Shown: piece after piece, positions 1 to 12,585 of the stretch
How positions within the stretch are numbered: the first letter of the stretch is position 1
How the letters are laid out: each line of letters begins with the position of its first letter
Assembly (NCBI GenBank): GCA_032718475.1
Contig: JAUCBJ010001382.1
Location: 1-64,000 of the forward strand
Direction of reading: 5' to 3'
Length of the DNA stretch: 64,000 nt
Source of the DNA: Nemertoderma westbladi
Taxonomy: Eukaryota > Animalia > Xenacoelomorpha
Notes under the pieces: generated by a model
The model's input: only the letters and a program-made list of their open reading frames with translations
The model's database searches: none
What the model was told of the DNA's origin: nothing
Position numbers and translations under genes: made by a program

Positions 1-1048
1 TGACTATTGACACACACTCACACCGAATACACGAGGCATACAAGGACGGCAGATAAACTGTGAGTTATGCATCACCGATATCTTATATTTTATTTAGGTA
101 ATGTTACTTATTATTTATTTTGCAGGACGTAAAACCAATTAAGTCTGTCTAATATATTAGTCTAGTATATTATGATATAATTAGACATGTTTATGGTATC
201 CTGTCAGATCAATCATAATCAAACCTAGTGAATTGTTTATCTTTATAGCTTTATAGTGAACAACATAATATCCCATTAATAAACATAAACAGTTATCTCC
301 CAGAAGAGACCTTGAAACCATAAAATTAACCTTATAGCCAATATTATTACCCTTATGCGCCTGACTTAAAAACTCTTAATAGAACCAAGGCCAAGTCATC
401 CCGGAGGCAAAGCAAACCAGTAACCTTAAAGATTCAATATACTAGTAGTGGACATAATCCCATTGAGTAAGCATAGGCCTACCACCCTATAAATCTCAGA
501 CAGACCCTGTAATAAAAAATGTTAATAAAATCTCATAACCAACCCCTGGATTTCCATGAATATATATTGTTACATGATATGGCACTACAAACACTTAGCC
601 AGACCACTATGTCCTAATAGACATACTTTATAACTCTGAACTCTAGTATTATTAAACCAATAGTTATTCAGACCCCCCCCCCCCCCCCCCCCCCCCTACA
701 AATTCCTTGCTCCCACTAATGATATATTAAATTTTTTAAAGGGAAACCAAGTAATGCAACAACTTATGAAAACATATGATATGATTTCTTTTGCAGCCAT
801 TCTGGCCAGATTTCTTTTGCAACCATTCTGGCCAATCATATCTTTATAACTTTTACAAACACAATGACAGGACTCGGCCAACTGTGTGCAACCTTGTCGG
901 ATTCTGAAATGACTTATCATCCCAAATAAGATCATCTCTGGATCTCTAATTCCTACAAATTAGGGAACCATTAATTATGAATGAAAATGAATAATAATAT
1001 AAAAATTAATTACTTTAAAAAGCAACTGATATTATTATATATACAGAC

Positions 1049-4000
1049 ATTTCAATGGAATGTGATTTTGTTTTCAAATTCTCAACATCTCGCTTGAATT
1101 TTTCATTATCTGATTCTAATTTGACATTTACTCGAGATAAATTCTTGATTTCAGTTTCAGCTTTCTTTGTTTCATCCTTAGCAGATTTCAGCTCAACTTT
1201 GAGTTGTTTAGTATCACTCTGGTCATGAGTGATAGATGGAGCTGGTGATCTAAATGATGATATCAAACATGTTTGTGGGGTGTGTTATATATAGAGAAAA
1301 TATTTACTTAGCCATTATATTTATTACTAGTTAAATTAATTTGGTTAAATTAATTGTTGTTAAATTAATTTGGTTAAATTAATTGTTGTTAAATTAATTT
1401 TGGTTAAATTAATTATTGTTAAATTAACTTTGGTTAAATTACTTGTTGTTAAATTAATTTTGGTTAAATTAATTCAACAATGTATTCATTCTTTAATTCA
1501 TATATTAATACGTGAAACATCTATTAACATATGATTTTGCAGTATTTATACGACTAAATAATATTAATTCATAAATAACTAGACCGTAGAGACTTTTTAA
1601 AAGCAACTGACATTATTATATATACAAACCTTTCAAGGGAATGTGATTTTGTTTTCAAATTCTCAATATCTCGCTTGAATTTTTCATTATCTGATTCTAA
1701 TTTGGCATTTACTCGAGATAAATTCTTGATTTCAGTTTCAGCTTTCTTTGTTTCATCTTTAGCAGATTTCAGCTCAGTTTTGAGTTGTTTAGTCTCAGTC
1801 TGTTCATGAGTGATAGATGATGCTGGTGATCTAAACGATGATATCAAACATGTTTGTGGGGTGTGTTATATATAGAAAAAATATTTACTTAGCCATTATA
1901 TTTATTACTAGTTAAATTAATTTTGGTTAAATTAGTTGTTGTTAAATTTACTTTGGCTAAATTACTTGTTGTTAACTTAATTTTGGTTAAATTAATTCAA
2001 CAATGTATTCTTTCTTTAATTCATATATTAATACGTGAAACATCTATTAACATATGATTTTGCAGTATTTATACGACTAAATAATATTAATTCATAAATA
2101 ACTAGACATTAGAGACTTTTTAAAAGCATCTGATATTATTATATATACAAACCTTTCAAGGGAATGTGATTTTGTTTTCAAATTCTCAATATCTCGCTTG
2201 AATTTTTCATTATCTGATTCTAATTTGGCATTTACTCGAGATAAATTCTTGATTTCAGTTTCAGCTTTCTTTGTTTCATCTTTAGCAGATTTCAGCTCAA
2301 CTTTGAGTTGTTTAGTCTCAGTCTGGTCATGAGTGATAGATGAAGGTGGTGATCTAAACAATGATATCAATCATGTTAGTGTGGTGTGATATATGAGCAG
2401 TGGAAATAAAGGTTTAGTTTGGATGGTTTAAAGAATTTTAGTGCAATTTTTTTTTTTTTCTTATACTACCAGTAACTGAAATCTGCAATTAACTATATAG
2501 TTTTTAAGTATTTATAACAAATTTGTTTAGATAAGATATCGAAATATCTTGTCTCATTCATAGACTTGTTTTTCAGTCTGATCATGAAAGATGAGTGGTT
2601 GATTTATTAAACACTAAATGATGATATCAGACAAATTAGTATGGTGAGTGAGTTGAATAGAACAAATATTGAATTAACATTATATTTATTAGTAGACAAA
2701 TAATAACTTCAGTAATAGTTTAATTTATATTAGAATAAAACAGACAATATCTGTCATCAAATAATATTACTATATTAATATTTTGAATAATGATTATTAA
2801 TTAATTTATAATAATACAAAAATTAATTCCTTTTAAAAGCAACTGACATTACTATATATACAAACCTTTCAAGGGAATGTGATTTTGTTTTCAAATTCTC
2901 AATATCTCGCTTGAATTCTTCATTATCTGATTCTAATTTCGCATTGACTCGAGATAAATTCTTGATTTCAGATTCAGCTTTCTTTGTTTCATCCTTAGCA
3001 GATTTCAGCTCAACTTTGAGTTGTTTAGACTCACTCTGGTCAGGAGTGATATATGATGCTGGTGACCTAAACGTTGATATCAAACATGTTTGTGGGGTGT
3101 GTTATATATAGAGAAAATATTTACTTAGCCATTATATTTATTACTAGTTAAATTATTTTGGTTAAATTAATTGTTATAAAATTAATTTTGGTTAAATTAA
3201 TTATTGATAAATTAACTTTGGTTAAATTACTTTGTATTAAATTAATTTTGGTTAAATTAATTCAACAACGTTTTCTTTCTTTAATTCATATATTAATACG
3301 TGAAATATCTATTAACATATGATTTTGCAGTATTTATACGACTAAATAATATTAATTCATAAATAACTAGACATTAGAGACTTTTTAAAAGCAACTGACA
3401 TTATTATATATACAAACCTTTCAAGGGAATGTGATTTTGTTTTCAAATTCTCAATATCTCGCTTGAATTTTTCATTATCTGATTCTAATTTGGTATTTAC
3501 TCGAGTTAAATTCTTGATTTCAGTTTCAGCTTTCTTTGTTTCATCCTTAGCAGATTTCAGCTCAACTTTGAGTTGTTTAGTCTCAGTCTGTTCATGAGTG
3601 ATAGATGGAGCTGGTGATCTAAATTATGATATCAATCATGTTAGTGTGGTGTGATATATGAGCAGTGGAAATAATGGGTTAGGTTGGATGATTTAAAAAA
3701 TTTCATTGCAATTTTGTTCATTTATTATATACTATCGTTAAATGAAATCTGCAATTAACTATATAGTTTTTAAGTATTTATAACTAATTTGTTTAGATAA
3801 GATATCGAAATATCTTGTCTCATTCATAGACTTGTCTTTCAGTCTGATCATGAAAGATGAGTGATTGATTTATGAGACCCAAAATGATGATATCAGATAA
3901 ATTATTATGGTGAGTGAGTTGAATAAAACAAATATTGAATTAACATTATATTTATTAGGGACAAATAAATATAATGTTAATTCAATATTTGTTCTATTCA

Positions 4001-7000
4001 ACTCACTCACCATACTAATTTGTCTGATATCATCATTTTGGGTTTCATAAATCAATCACTTCTACTCTCAATTAAGCAGCAGCTTGGTCTAGAGGTGACA
4101 TTACTGTGCTTCCGATTAGGGAGCCCGGGATCGATCCCTAGATGGGGCAGCACTGTTTGGGCACAGTGCTTTAAATGCTGCAGCCTAGCCTAACCCCGGC
4201 TTTCATCCTTCAGTGGTCGATAAATGGGAACCAAGGCAACTTGGGAAACAGAGTGGAAGGGTTTATTGTGGAAGATCACCCATGGTGGTGAACAGGCATT
4301 CCTTGGCTTAACGAGCCTAAAAGATTCTCCCATTCATTAGGGACAAATAATAACTTCAGCAATTCATTCTTAGTTTAATTTATATTAGAATAAAACAGAC
4401 AATATCTACCATCAATTAATATTACTGTATTAATATTTTGAATAATAATAGTTAATTAATTTATAATAATATAAAAATTAATTACTTTAAAAAGCAACTG
4501 ACATTATTATATATACAGACCTTTCAATGGAATGTGATTTTGTTTTCAAATTCTCAATATCTCGCTTGAATTTTTCATTATCTGATTCTAATTTGGCATT
4601 TACTCGAGATAAATTCTTGATTTCAGTTTCAGCTTTCTTTGTTTCATCTTTAGCAGATTTCAGCTCAACTTTGAGTTGTTTAGTCTCACTCTGGTCATGA
4701 GTGATAGATGATGCTGGTGACCTAAACAATGATATCAAACATGTTTGTGGGGTGTGTTATATATAGAAAAAATATTTACTTAGCATTATATTTATTACTA
4801 GTTAAATTAATTTGGTTAAATTAATTGTTGTTAAATTAATTTGGTTAAATTAATTGTTGTTAAATTAATATTGGTTAAATTAATTATTGTTAAATTAAGT
4901 TTGGTTAAATTACTTGTTGTTAAATTAATTTTGGTTAAATTAATTCAACAATGTATTCTTTCTTTAATTCATATATTAATACGTGAAACATCTATTAACA
5001 TATGATTTTGCAGTATTTATACGACTAAATAATATTAATTCATAAATAACTAGACATTAGAGACTTTTTAAAAGCAACTGACATTATTATATATACAAAC
5101 CTTTCAAGGGAATGTGATTTTGTTTTCAAATTCTCAATATCTCTCTTGAATTTATCAATATCTGATTCTAATTTGGCATTTGCTCGAGATAAATTCTTGA
5201 TTTCAGTTTCAGCTTTCTTTGTTTCATCCTTAGCAGATTTCAGCTCAACTTTGAGTTGTTTAGTCTCACTCTGGTCATGAGTGATAGATGATGCTGGTGA
5301 TCTAAATGATGATATCAAACATGATTGTGGGGTGTGTTATATATAGAAAAAATATTTACTTAGCCATTATATTTATTACTAGTTAAATTAATTTGGTTAA
5401 ATTAATTTTTGTTAAATTAATTTTGGTTAAATTAATTGTTGTTAAATTAACTTTGGTTAAATTACTTGTTATTAAATAAATTTTGGTTGAATTAATTCAA
5501 CAATGTATTCTTTCTTTAATTCATATATTAATACGTGAAACATCTATTAACATAATGATTTTGCAGTATTTATACGACTAAATAATATTAATTCATAAAT
5601 AACTAGACATTAGAGACTTTTTAAAAGCATCTGACATTAATATATATACAAACCTTTCAAGGGAATGTGATTTTGTTTTCAAATTCTCAATATCTCGCTT
5701 GAATTTTTCATTATCTGATTCTAATTTGGCATTTACTCGAGATAAATTCTTGATTTCAGTTTCAGCTTTCTTTGTTTCATCTTTAGCAGATTTCAGCTCA
5801 GTTTTGAGTTGTTTAGTCTCAGTCTGGTCATGAATGATGGATGGAGCTGGTGATCTAAACGATGATATCAAACATGTTAGTGTGGTGTGATATATGAGCA
5901 GTGGAAATAAAGGGTTAGTTTGGATGGTTTAAAGAATTTCAGTACAATTTTGTTTTTTTTCTTATACTACTGGTAACTGAAATCTGCAATTAACTATATA
6001 GTTTTTAAGTATTTATAACAAATTTGATTAGATAAGATATCGAAATATCTTGTCTCATTCATAGACTTGTCTTTCATTTTGATCATGATAGATGAGTGAG
6101 TGATTTATGTAACCCAAAATGATGATGTCAGACAAATTATTATGGTGAGTAAGTTGAGTAGAACAAAAATAATGAATTAACATTATATGTATTAGGGGCA
6201 AATAATAACTTCAGCAATTCATTCTTAGTTTGATTTATATTAGAATAAAACAGACAATATCTGTCATCGAATAATATTACTATATTAATATTTTGAATAA
6301 TAATTATTAATTAATTAATAATAATACAAAAATTAATTACTTTAAAAAGCAACTGACATTATTATATATTCAAACCTTTCAATGGAATGTGATTTTGTTT
6401 TCAAATTCTCAATATCTCGCTTGAATTTTTCATTATCTGATTCTAATTTGGCATTTACTCGAGTTAAATTCTTGATTTCAGATTCAGCTTTCTTTGTTTC
6501 ATCCTTAGCAGATTTCAGCTCAACTTTGAGTTGTTTAGACTCACTCTGGTCATGAGTGATAGATGATGCTGGTGACCTAAACAATGATATTAATTTTGGT
6601 TAAATTAATTGTTGTTAAATTAACTTTGGTTAAATTACTTGTTGTTAAATTAATCTTGGTTAAATTAATTCAACAATGTATTCATTCTTTAATTCATATA
6701 TTAATACGTGAAACATCTATTAACATATGATTTTGCCATATTTATACGACTAAATAATATTAATTCATAAATAACTAGACATTAGACATCCGTTATTTCT
6801 GGTCTAAAAAAAGCAGAATCTGTGAAGTCAAAAAACAAAGTTGTTAATATTCGTTCCATCCCCGGTTGGAATGAGTTAATAAAAGAGCAATACGAGGTAT
6901 CCCGGGATTCTTTCCTTATATTTAAGATTTAAATATGCGGAAAGATCAGCCAAACGTCATGAATTACAGATGCGTAAAGATATTTTAGCTAAAAAATTGT

Positions 7001-10000
7001 TATGTAATAATAGTAGAGATTTTTGGAAAGAGATAAAGAAAATTAATAATAGCAATATTCCTTTACCTATGTCAATAGATGGTGTTTCTGGTGCTGATCA
7101 AATAGCTAATCTTTGGCAAGAACATTTTAAATATTTTTTCAATTGCCTTAATAGACGTGCAACTAATATTAATTGCACGAAAGTTAATTATGACAAAATT
7201 AAAGTTGAGATTTAAGAAATAGAAAGTAGAATAAAGCATCTGAGTGCATGTAAATCAGGAGGTAACGATAATATTTTTGCTGAACATCTTAAATATTCCT
7301 GTATGGATTTATACAATATTCTAGCATCATTGTTTACTAGTTTAATGGTGCATGGTGTTTTAACGATGTCTATAATTACTGTAATATTGGTACTGATTAT
7401 AAAAGTTAAGTTAGCGAAGTTGAATAGTAAAGATAATTATAGACCAATTGCTCTGGCTAGTGTTTCATCGAAAGTGTTGGAAAAAATTATACTTGATAGA
7501 ATAATTGATAACTTGCAGACATCTCATAACCAGTTCGGTTTTAAACCAAAACTGGGCACTGACATGTGTATTTATTATCTTAAAGAAATATTATATAAAT
7601 ATTGTCAACTCCAGTCAAATATGTTTGTTAGTTTTTTGGATGCCTCCAAGGCTTTCGACCATATATACCACGGTAAATTATTTGAAATCTTATTGAATAG
7701 AGATGTCCCTAAATATATTGTTAGGTTAATTGTTTATTGGTATGTCAATCAATTATTTGCTTCCCGCTGGGGGAAATGTATTATCGTCTTTTTTTACAGT
7801 TAGCAATGGTTGCAGACAGGATATATGGACTGTTTATCTGTCGAATTAAATCAACTTAATATTGGTTGTTTATATAGTACTCTGATTTTTAATCACCTTA
7901 TGTATGCGGATGACCTTGTATTAATTTCTCCGTCTGTAAAGGGTATGCAGTCTTCATTAAACAAGTGTTTACAATTCAGTAAAAATTACGATGTTAACTT
8001 TAGTGCAAAGAAAAGTGCAATTTTGATAATTAGGTCAAAATCTCAATCCAAGTTTTTCTTTCCCAGAATTTAAATTAGGTACCTTAAAAATTCCGATCAG
8101 TGAAACTGTTAAATATTTAGGCCACTTTATTACAGATACACTTAGTGATGATAAGGATATAGTTAGGCATTACAGATACACTTAGTGATGATAAGGATAT
8201 AGTTAGGCATTACAGATACACTTAGTGATGATAAGGATATAGTTAGGCATTATAGATACACTTAGTGATGATAAGGATATAGTTAGGCAAATTAGGAAAT
8301 TATACGCCCAAGTAAATAGTCTGAAACGCTGATTTTTTAATGTTCACATAAAGTTAAGGTAACACTATTTAGAGCATTTTTATAGCAGCTTATATACTTG
8401 TCAATTATGGTGCAATTACAAAAAAGTAACTATTAATAAATTGTTGGTAGCGTATAATAATATATTTAGAATATTGATGAGCTATCCCAAATACTGTAGT
8501 GCTTCTCAAATGTGGGTCTCAAATTACTTACCGGATTGTGCAGCAGTTATGCAGAATTTAATGTACTGTATTATGGTTCGGTTGCAAGCTAGAAAAAACT
8601 TAATAGTGAATAATTTTATTAACTCTGATGTAACTTTTATCTCTCCCTTGTGGCGTAGGTGGTTATCTGAACTTCACATAAATTTCAATCTCAATAAGAA
8701 CATATTATTAAACATGTTTGTAAATTAAGCATTTGGTTATTAAATATTATGTTGGTAGGTGGTGTATAGTATATTATGGTAGGTAGTATTTGTTGATCTA
8801 TCTAGTTGTTGGGTTGGTGCAAGTGAACTGTGATATATGTTTATATATTTCGTGTTAAATATACAAAGATGCATTGAATTAGAGACTTTTGAAAAGCAAC
8901 TCTCATTATTATATATACAAACCTTTCAAGGGAATGTGATTTTGTTTTCAAATTCTCAATATCTCGCTTGAATTTTTCATTATCTGATTCTAATTTGGCA
9001 TTTACTCGAGATAAATTCTTGATTTCAGTTTCAGCTTTCTTTGTTTCATCTTTAGCAGATTTCAGCTCAACTTTGAGTTGTTTAGTCTCAGTCTGGTCAT
9101 AAGTGATGGATGGAGATGGTGATCTAAACGATGATATCAAACATGTTAGTGTGGTGTGATATATGAGGAGTGGAAATAATGGGTTAGGTTGGATGATTTA
9201 AAGAATTTCAGTGCAATTTTGTTCATTTTTTATATACTATCGTTAAATGAAATCTGCAGTTAACTATATAGTTTTTAAGTATTTATACAAATTTGTTTAG
9301 ATAAGATATCGAAATATCTTGTCTCATTCATAGACTTGTCTTTCAGTCTGATCATGAAAGATGAGTGATTGATTTATGAAACCCAAAATGATGATATCAG
9401 ACAAATTATTATGGTGAGTGAGTTGAACAGAACAAAAATAATGAATTAACATTATATTTATTAGTAGACAAATAATAACTTTAGCAATTTATATTCTTAG
9501 TTTAATTTATATTATAATAAAACAGGCAATATCTGTCATCAAATAATATTACTATATTAATATTTTGAATAATAATAATAAATTAAATTATAAGTAATTA
9601 AACAGGACTAAGGATGATCCAACTCTAAAGCAAATGGAGCGGAAAAAATGAATTCGCCACCACCAGCATTTTTTCCACTCCATTTGCTATAGTGTTGGAT
9701 CATCCTTAGTCCTGTTTAATTAATTATAATTTATACAATCTATGGATGTTAAACACATATACAATTATTAATTAATTTATAATAATATAAAAATAAATTC
9801 CTTTAAAAAGCAACTGACATTATTATATATACAAACCTTTCAAGGGAATATGATTTTGTTCTCAAATTCTCAATATCTCGCTTGAATTTTTCATTATCTG
9901 TTTCTAATTTGGCATTTACTCGAGATAAATTCTTGATTTCAGTTTCAGCTTTCTTTGTTTCATCCTTAGCAGATTTCAGCTCAACTTTGAGTTGTTTAGT

Positions 10001-12585
10001 CTCAGTCTGGTCATGAGTGATGGATGGAGCTGGTGATCTAAATGATGATATCAATCATGTTTGTGGGGTGTGTTATATATAGAGAAAATATTTACTTAGC
10101 CATTATATTTATTACTAGTTAAATTAATTTTGGTTAAATTAATTGTTGTTAAATTAATTTTGGTTAAATTAATTATTGTTAAATTAACTTTGGTTAAATT
10201 ACTTGTTGTTAAATTAATTTTGGTTAAATTAATTCAACAATGTATTCTTTCTTTAATTCATATATTAATACGTGAAACATCTATTAACATATGATTTTGC
10301 AGTATTTATATAACTGAATAATATTAATTCATAAATAACTAGACATTAGAGACTTTTTAAAAGCAACTCTCATTATTATATATACAAACCTTTCAAGGGA
10401 ATGTGATTTTGTTTTCGAATTCTCAATATCTCGCTTGAATTTTTCATTATCTGATTCTAATTTAGCATTTACTCGAGATAAATTCTTGATTTCAGTTTCA
10501 GCTTTCTTTGTTTCATCTTTAGCAGATTTCAGCTCAACTTTGAGTTGTTTAGTCTCAGTCTGGTCATGAGTGATGGATGGAGCTGGTGATCTAAATGATG
10601 ATATCAATCATGTTTGTGGGGTGTGTTATATATAGAGAAAATATTTACTTAGCCATTATATTTATTACTAGTTAAATTAATTTTGGTTAAATTAATTGTT
10701 GTTAAATTAATTTTGGTTAAATTAATTATTGTTAAATTAACTTTGGTTAAATTACTTGTTGTTAAATTAATTTTGGTTAAATTAATTCAACAATGTATTC
10801 TTTCTTTAATTCATATATTAATACGTGAAACATCTATTAACATATGATTTTGCAGTATTTATACAACTGAATAATATTAATTCATAAATAACTAGACATT
10901 AGAGACTTTTTAAAAGCAACTCTCATTATTATATATACAAACCTTTCAAGGGAATGTGATTTTGTTTTCAAATTCTCAATATCTCGCTTGAATTTTTCAT
11001 TATCTGATTCTAATTTGGCATTTACTCGAGATAAATTCTTGATTTCAGTTTCAGCTTTCTTTGTTTCATCTTTAGCATATTTCAGCTCAACTTTGAGTTG
11101 TTTAGTCTCAGTCTGGTCATGAGTGATGGATGGAGCTGGTGATCTAAATGATGATATCAATCATGTTAGTGTGGTGTGATATATGAGCAGTGGAAATAAT
11201 GGGTTAGGTTGGATGATTTAAAGAATTTCAGTGCAATTTTGTTCATTTTTCTTAAACTACAGGTAACTGAAATCTGCAATTAACTATATAGTTTTCAAGT
11301 ATTTATAACAAATTTGTTTAGATAAGATATCGGAATATTTTATCTCATTCATAGACTTGTCTTTCAGTCTGATCATGAAATATGAGTGGTTGATTTAGGA
11401 AACCCAAAATGATGATATCAGATAAATTATTATGGTGAGTGAGTTGAATAGAACAAATAATGAATTAACATTATATTTATTAGGGACAAATAATAACTTC
11501 AGCAATTCATTCTTAGTTTAATTTATATTATAATAAAACAGACAATATCTGTCATCAAATAAAATTACTATATTAATATTTTGAATAATAATTCTTAATT
11601 ATTTTATAATAATATAAAAATTAATTACTTTAAAAAGCAACTGATATTATTATATATACAGACCTTTCAATGGAATGTGATTTTGTTCTCAAATTCTCAA
11701 TATCTCGCTTGAATTTTTCATTATCTGATTCTAATTTGGCATTTACTCGAGATAAATTCTTGATTTCAGTTTCAGCTTTCTTTGTTTCATCTTTAGCATA
11801 TTTCAGCTCAACTTTGAGTTGTTTAGTCTCAGTCTGGTCATGAGTGATGGATGGAGCTGGTGATCTAAATGATGATATCAATCATGTTAGTGTGGTGTGA
11901 TATATGAGCAGTGGAAATAATGGGTTAGGTTGGATGATTTAAAGAATTTCAGTGCAATTTTGTTCATTTTTCTTAAACTACAGGTAACTGAAATCTGCAA
12001 TTAACTATATAGTTTTCAAGTATTTATAACAAATTTGTTTAGATAAGATATCGGAATATTTTATCTCATTCATAGACTTGTCTTTCAGTCTGATCATGAA
12101 AGATGAGTGGTTGATTTAGGAAACCCAAAATGATGATATCAGATAAATTATTATGGTGAGTGAGTTGAATAGAACAAATAATGAATTAACATTATATTTA
12201 TTAGGGGCAAATAATAACTTCAGCAATTTATTCTTAGTTTAATTTATATTATAATAAAACAGACAATATCTGTGATCAAATAATATTACTATATTAATAT
12301 TTTAAATAATAATAATTAATTCATTTATAATAATATAAAAATTAATTACTTTAAAAAGCAACCGACATTATTATATATACAAACCTTTCAATGGAATGTG
12401 ATTTTGTTTTCAAATTCTCAATATCTCGCTTGAATTTTTCATTATCTGATTCTAATTTAGCATTTACTCGAGATAAATTCTTGATTTCAGTTTCAGCTTT
12501 CTTTGTTTCATCTTTAGCAGATTTCAGCTCAGTTTTGAGTTGTTTAGTCTCACTCTGTTCATGAGTGATAGACGGAGCTGGTGAT
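1049..12585 (-). CDS. Tandem array of 15 near-identical 201-bp exons (67-aa repeat SPAPSITHDQSETKQLKVELKSAKDETKKAETEIKNLSRVNAKLESDNEKFKRDIENLKTKSHSLER)
   Basis: Exons at 1049-1249, 1630-1830, 2153-2353, 2866-3066, 3418-3618, 4521-4721, 5101-5301, 5654-5854, 6376-6576, 8923-9123, 9837-10037, 10390-10590, 10943-11143, 11664-11864 and 12385-12585. Acceptors tttag|(A/G)TCACCA, donors mostly GAAAG|gt(t/c)tg. Confidence 0.85.

Noticed and set aside
673-696. Long poly-C and poly-G runs (also ~54456-54480 and ~57078-57093)
   Set aside because: Homopolymers of uncertain length with no supporting structure.
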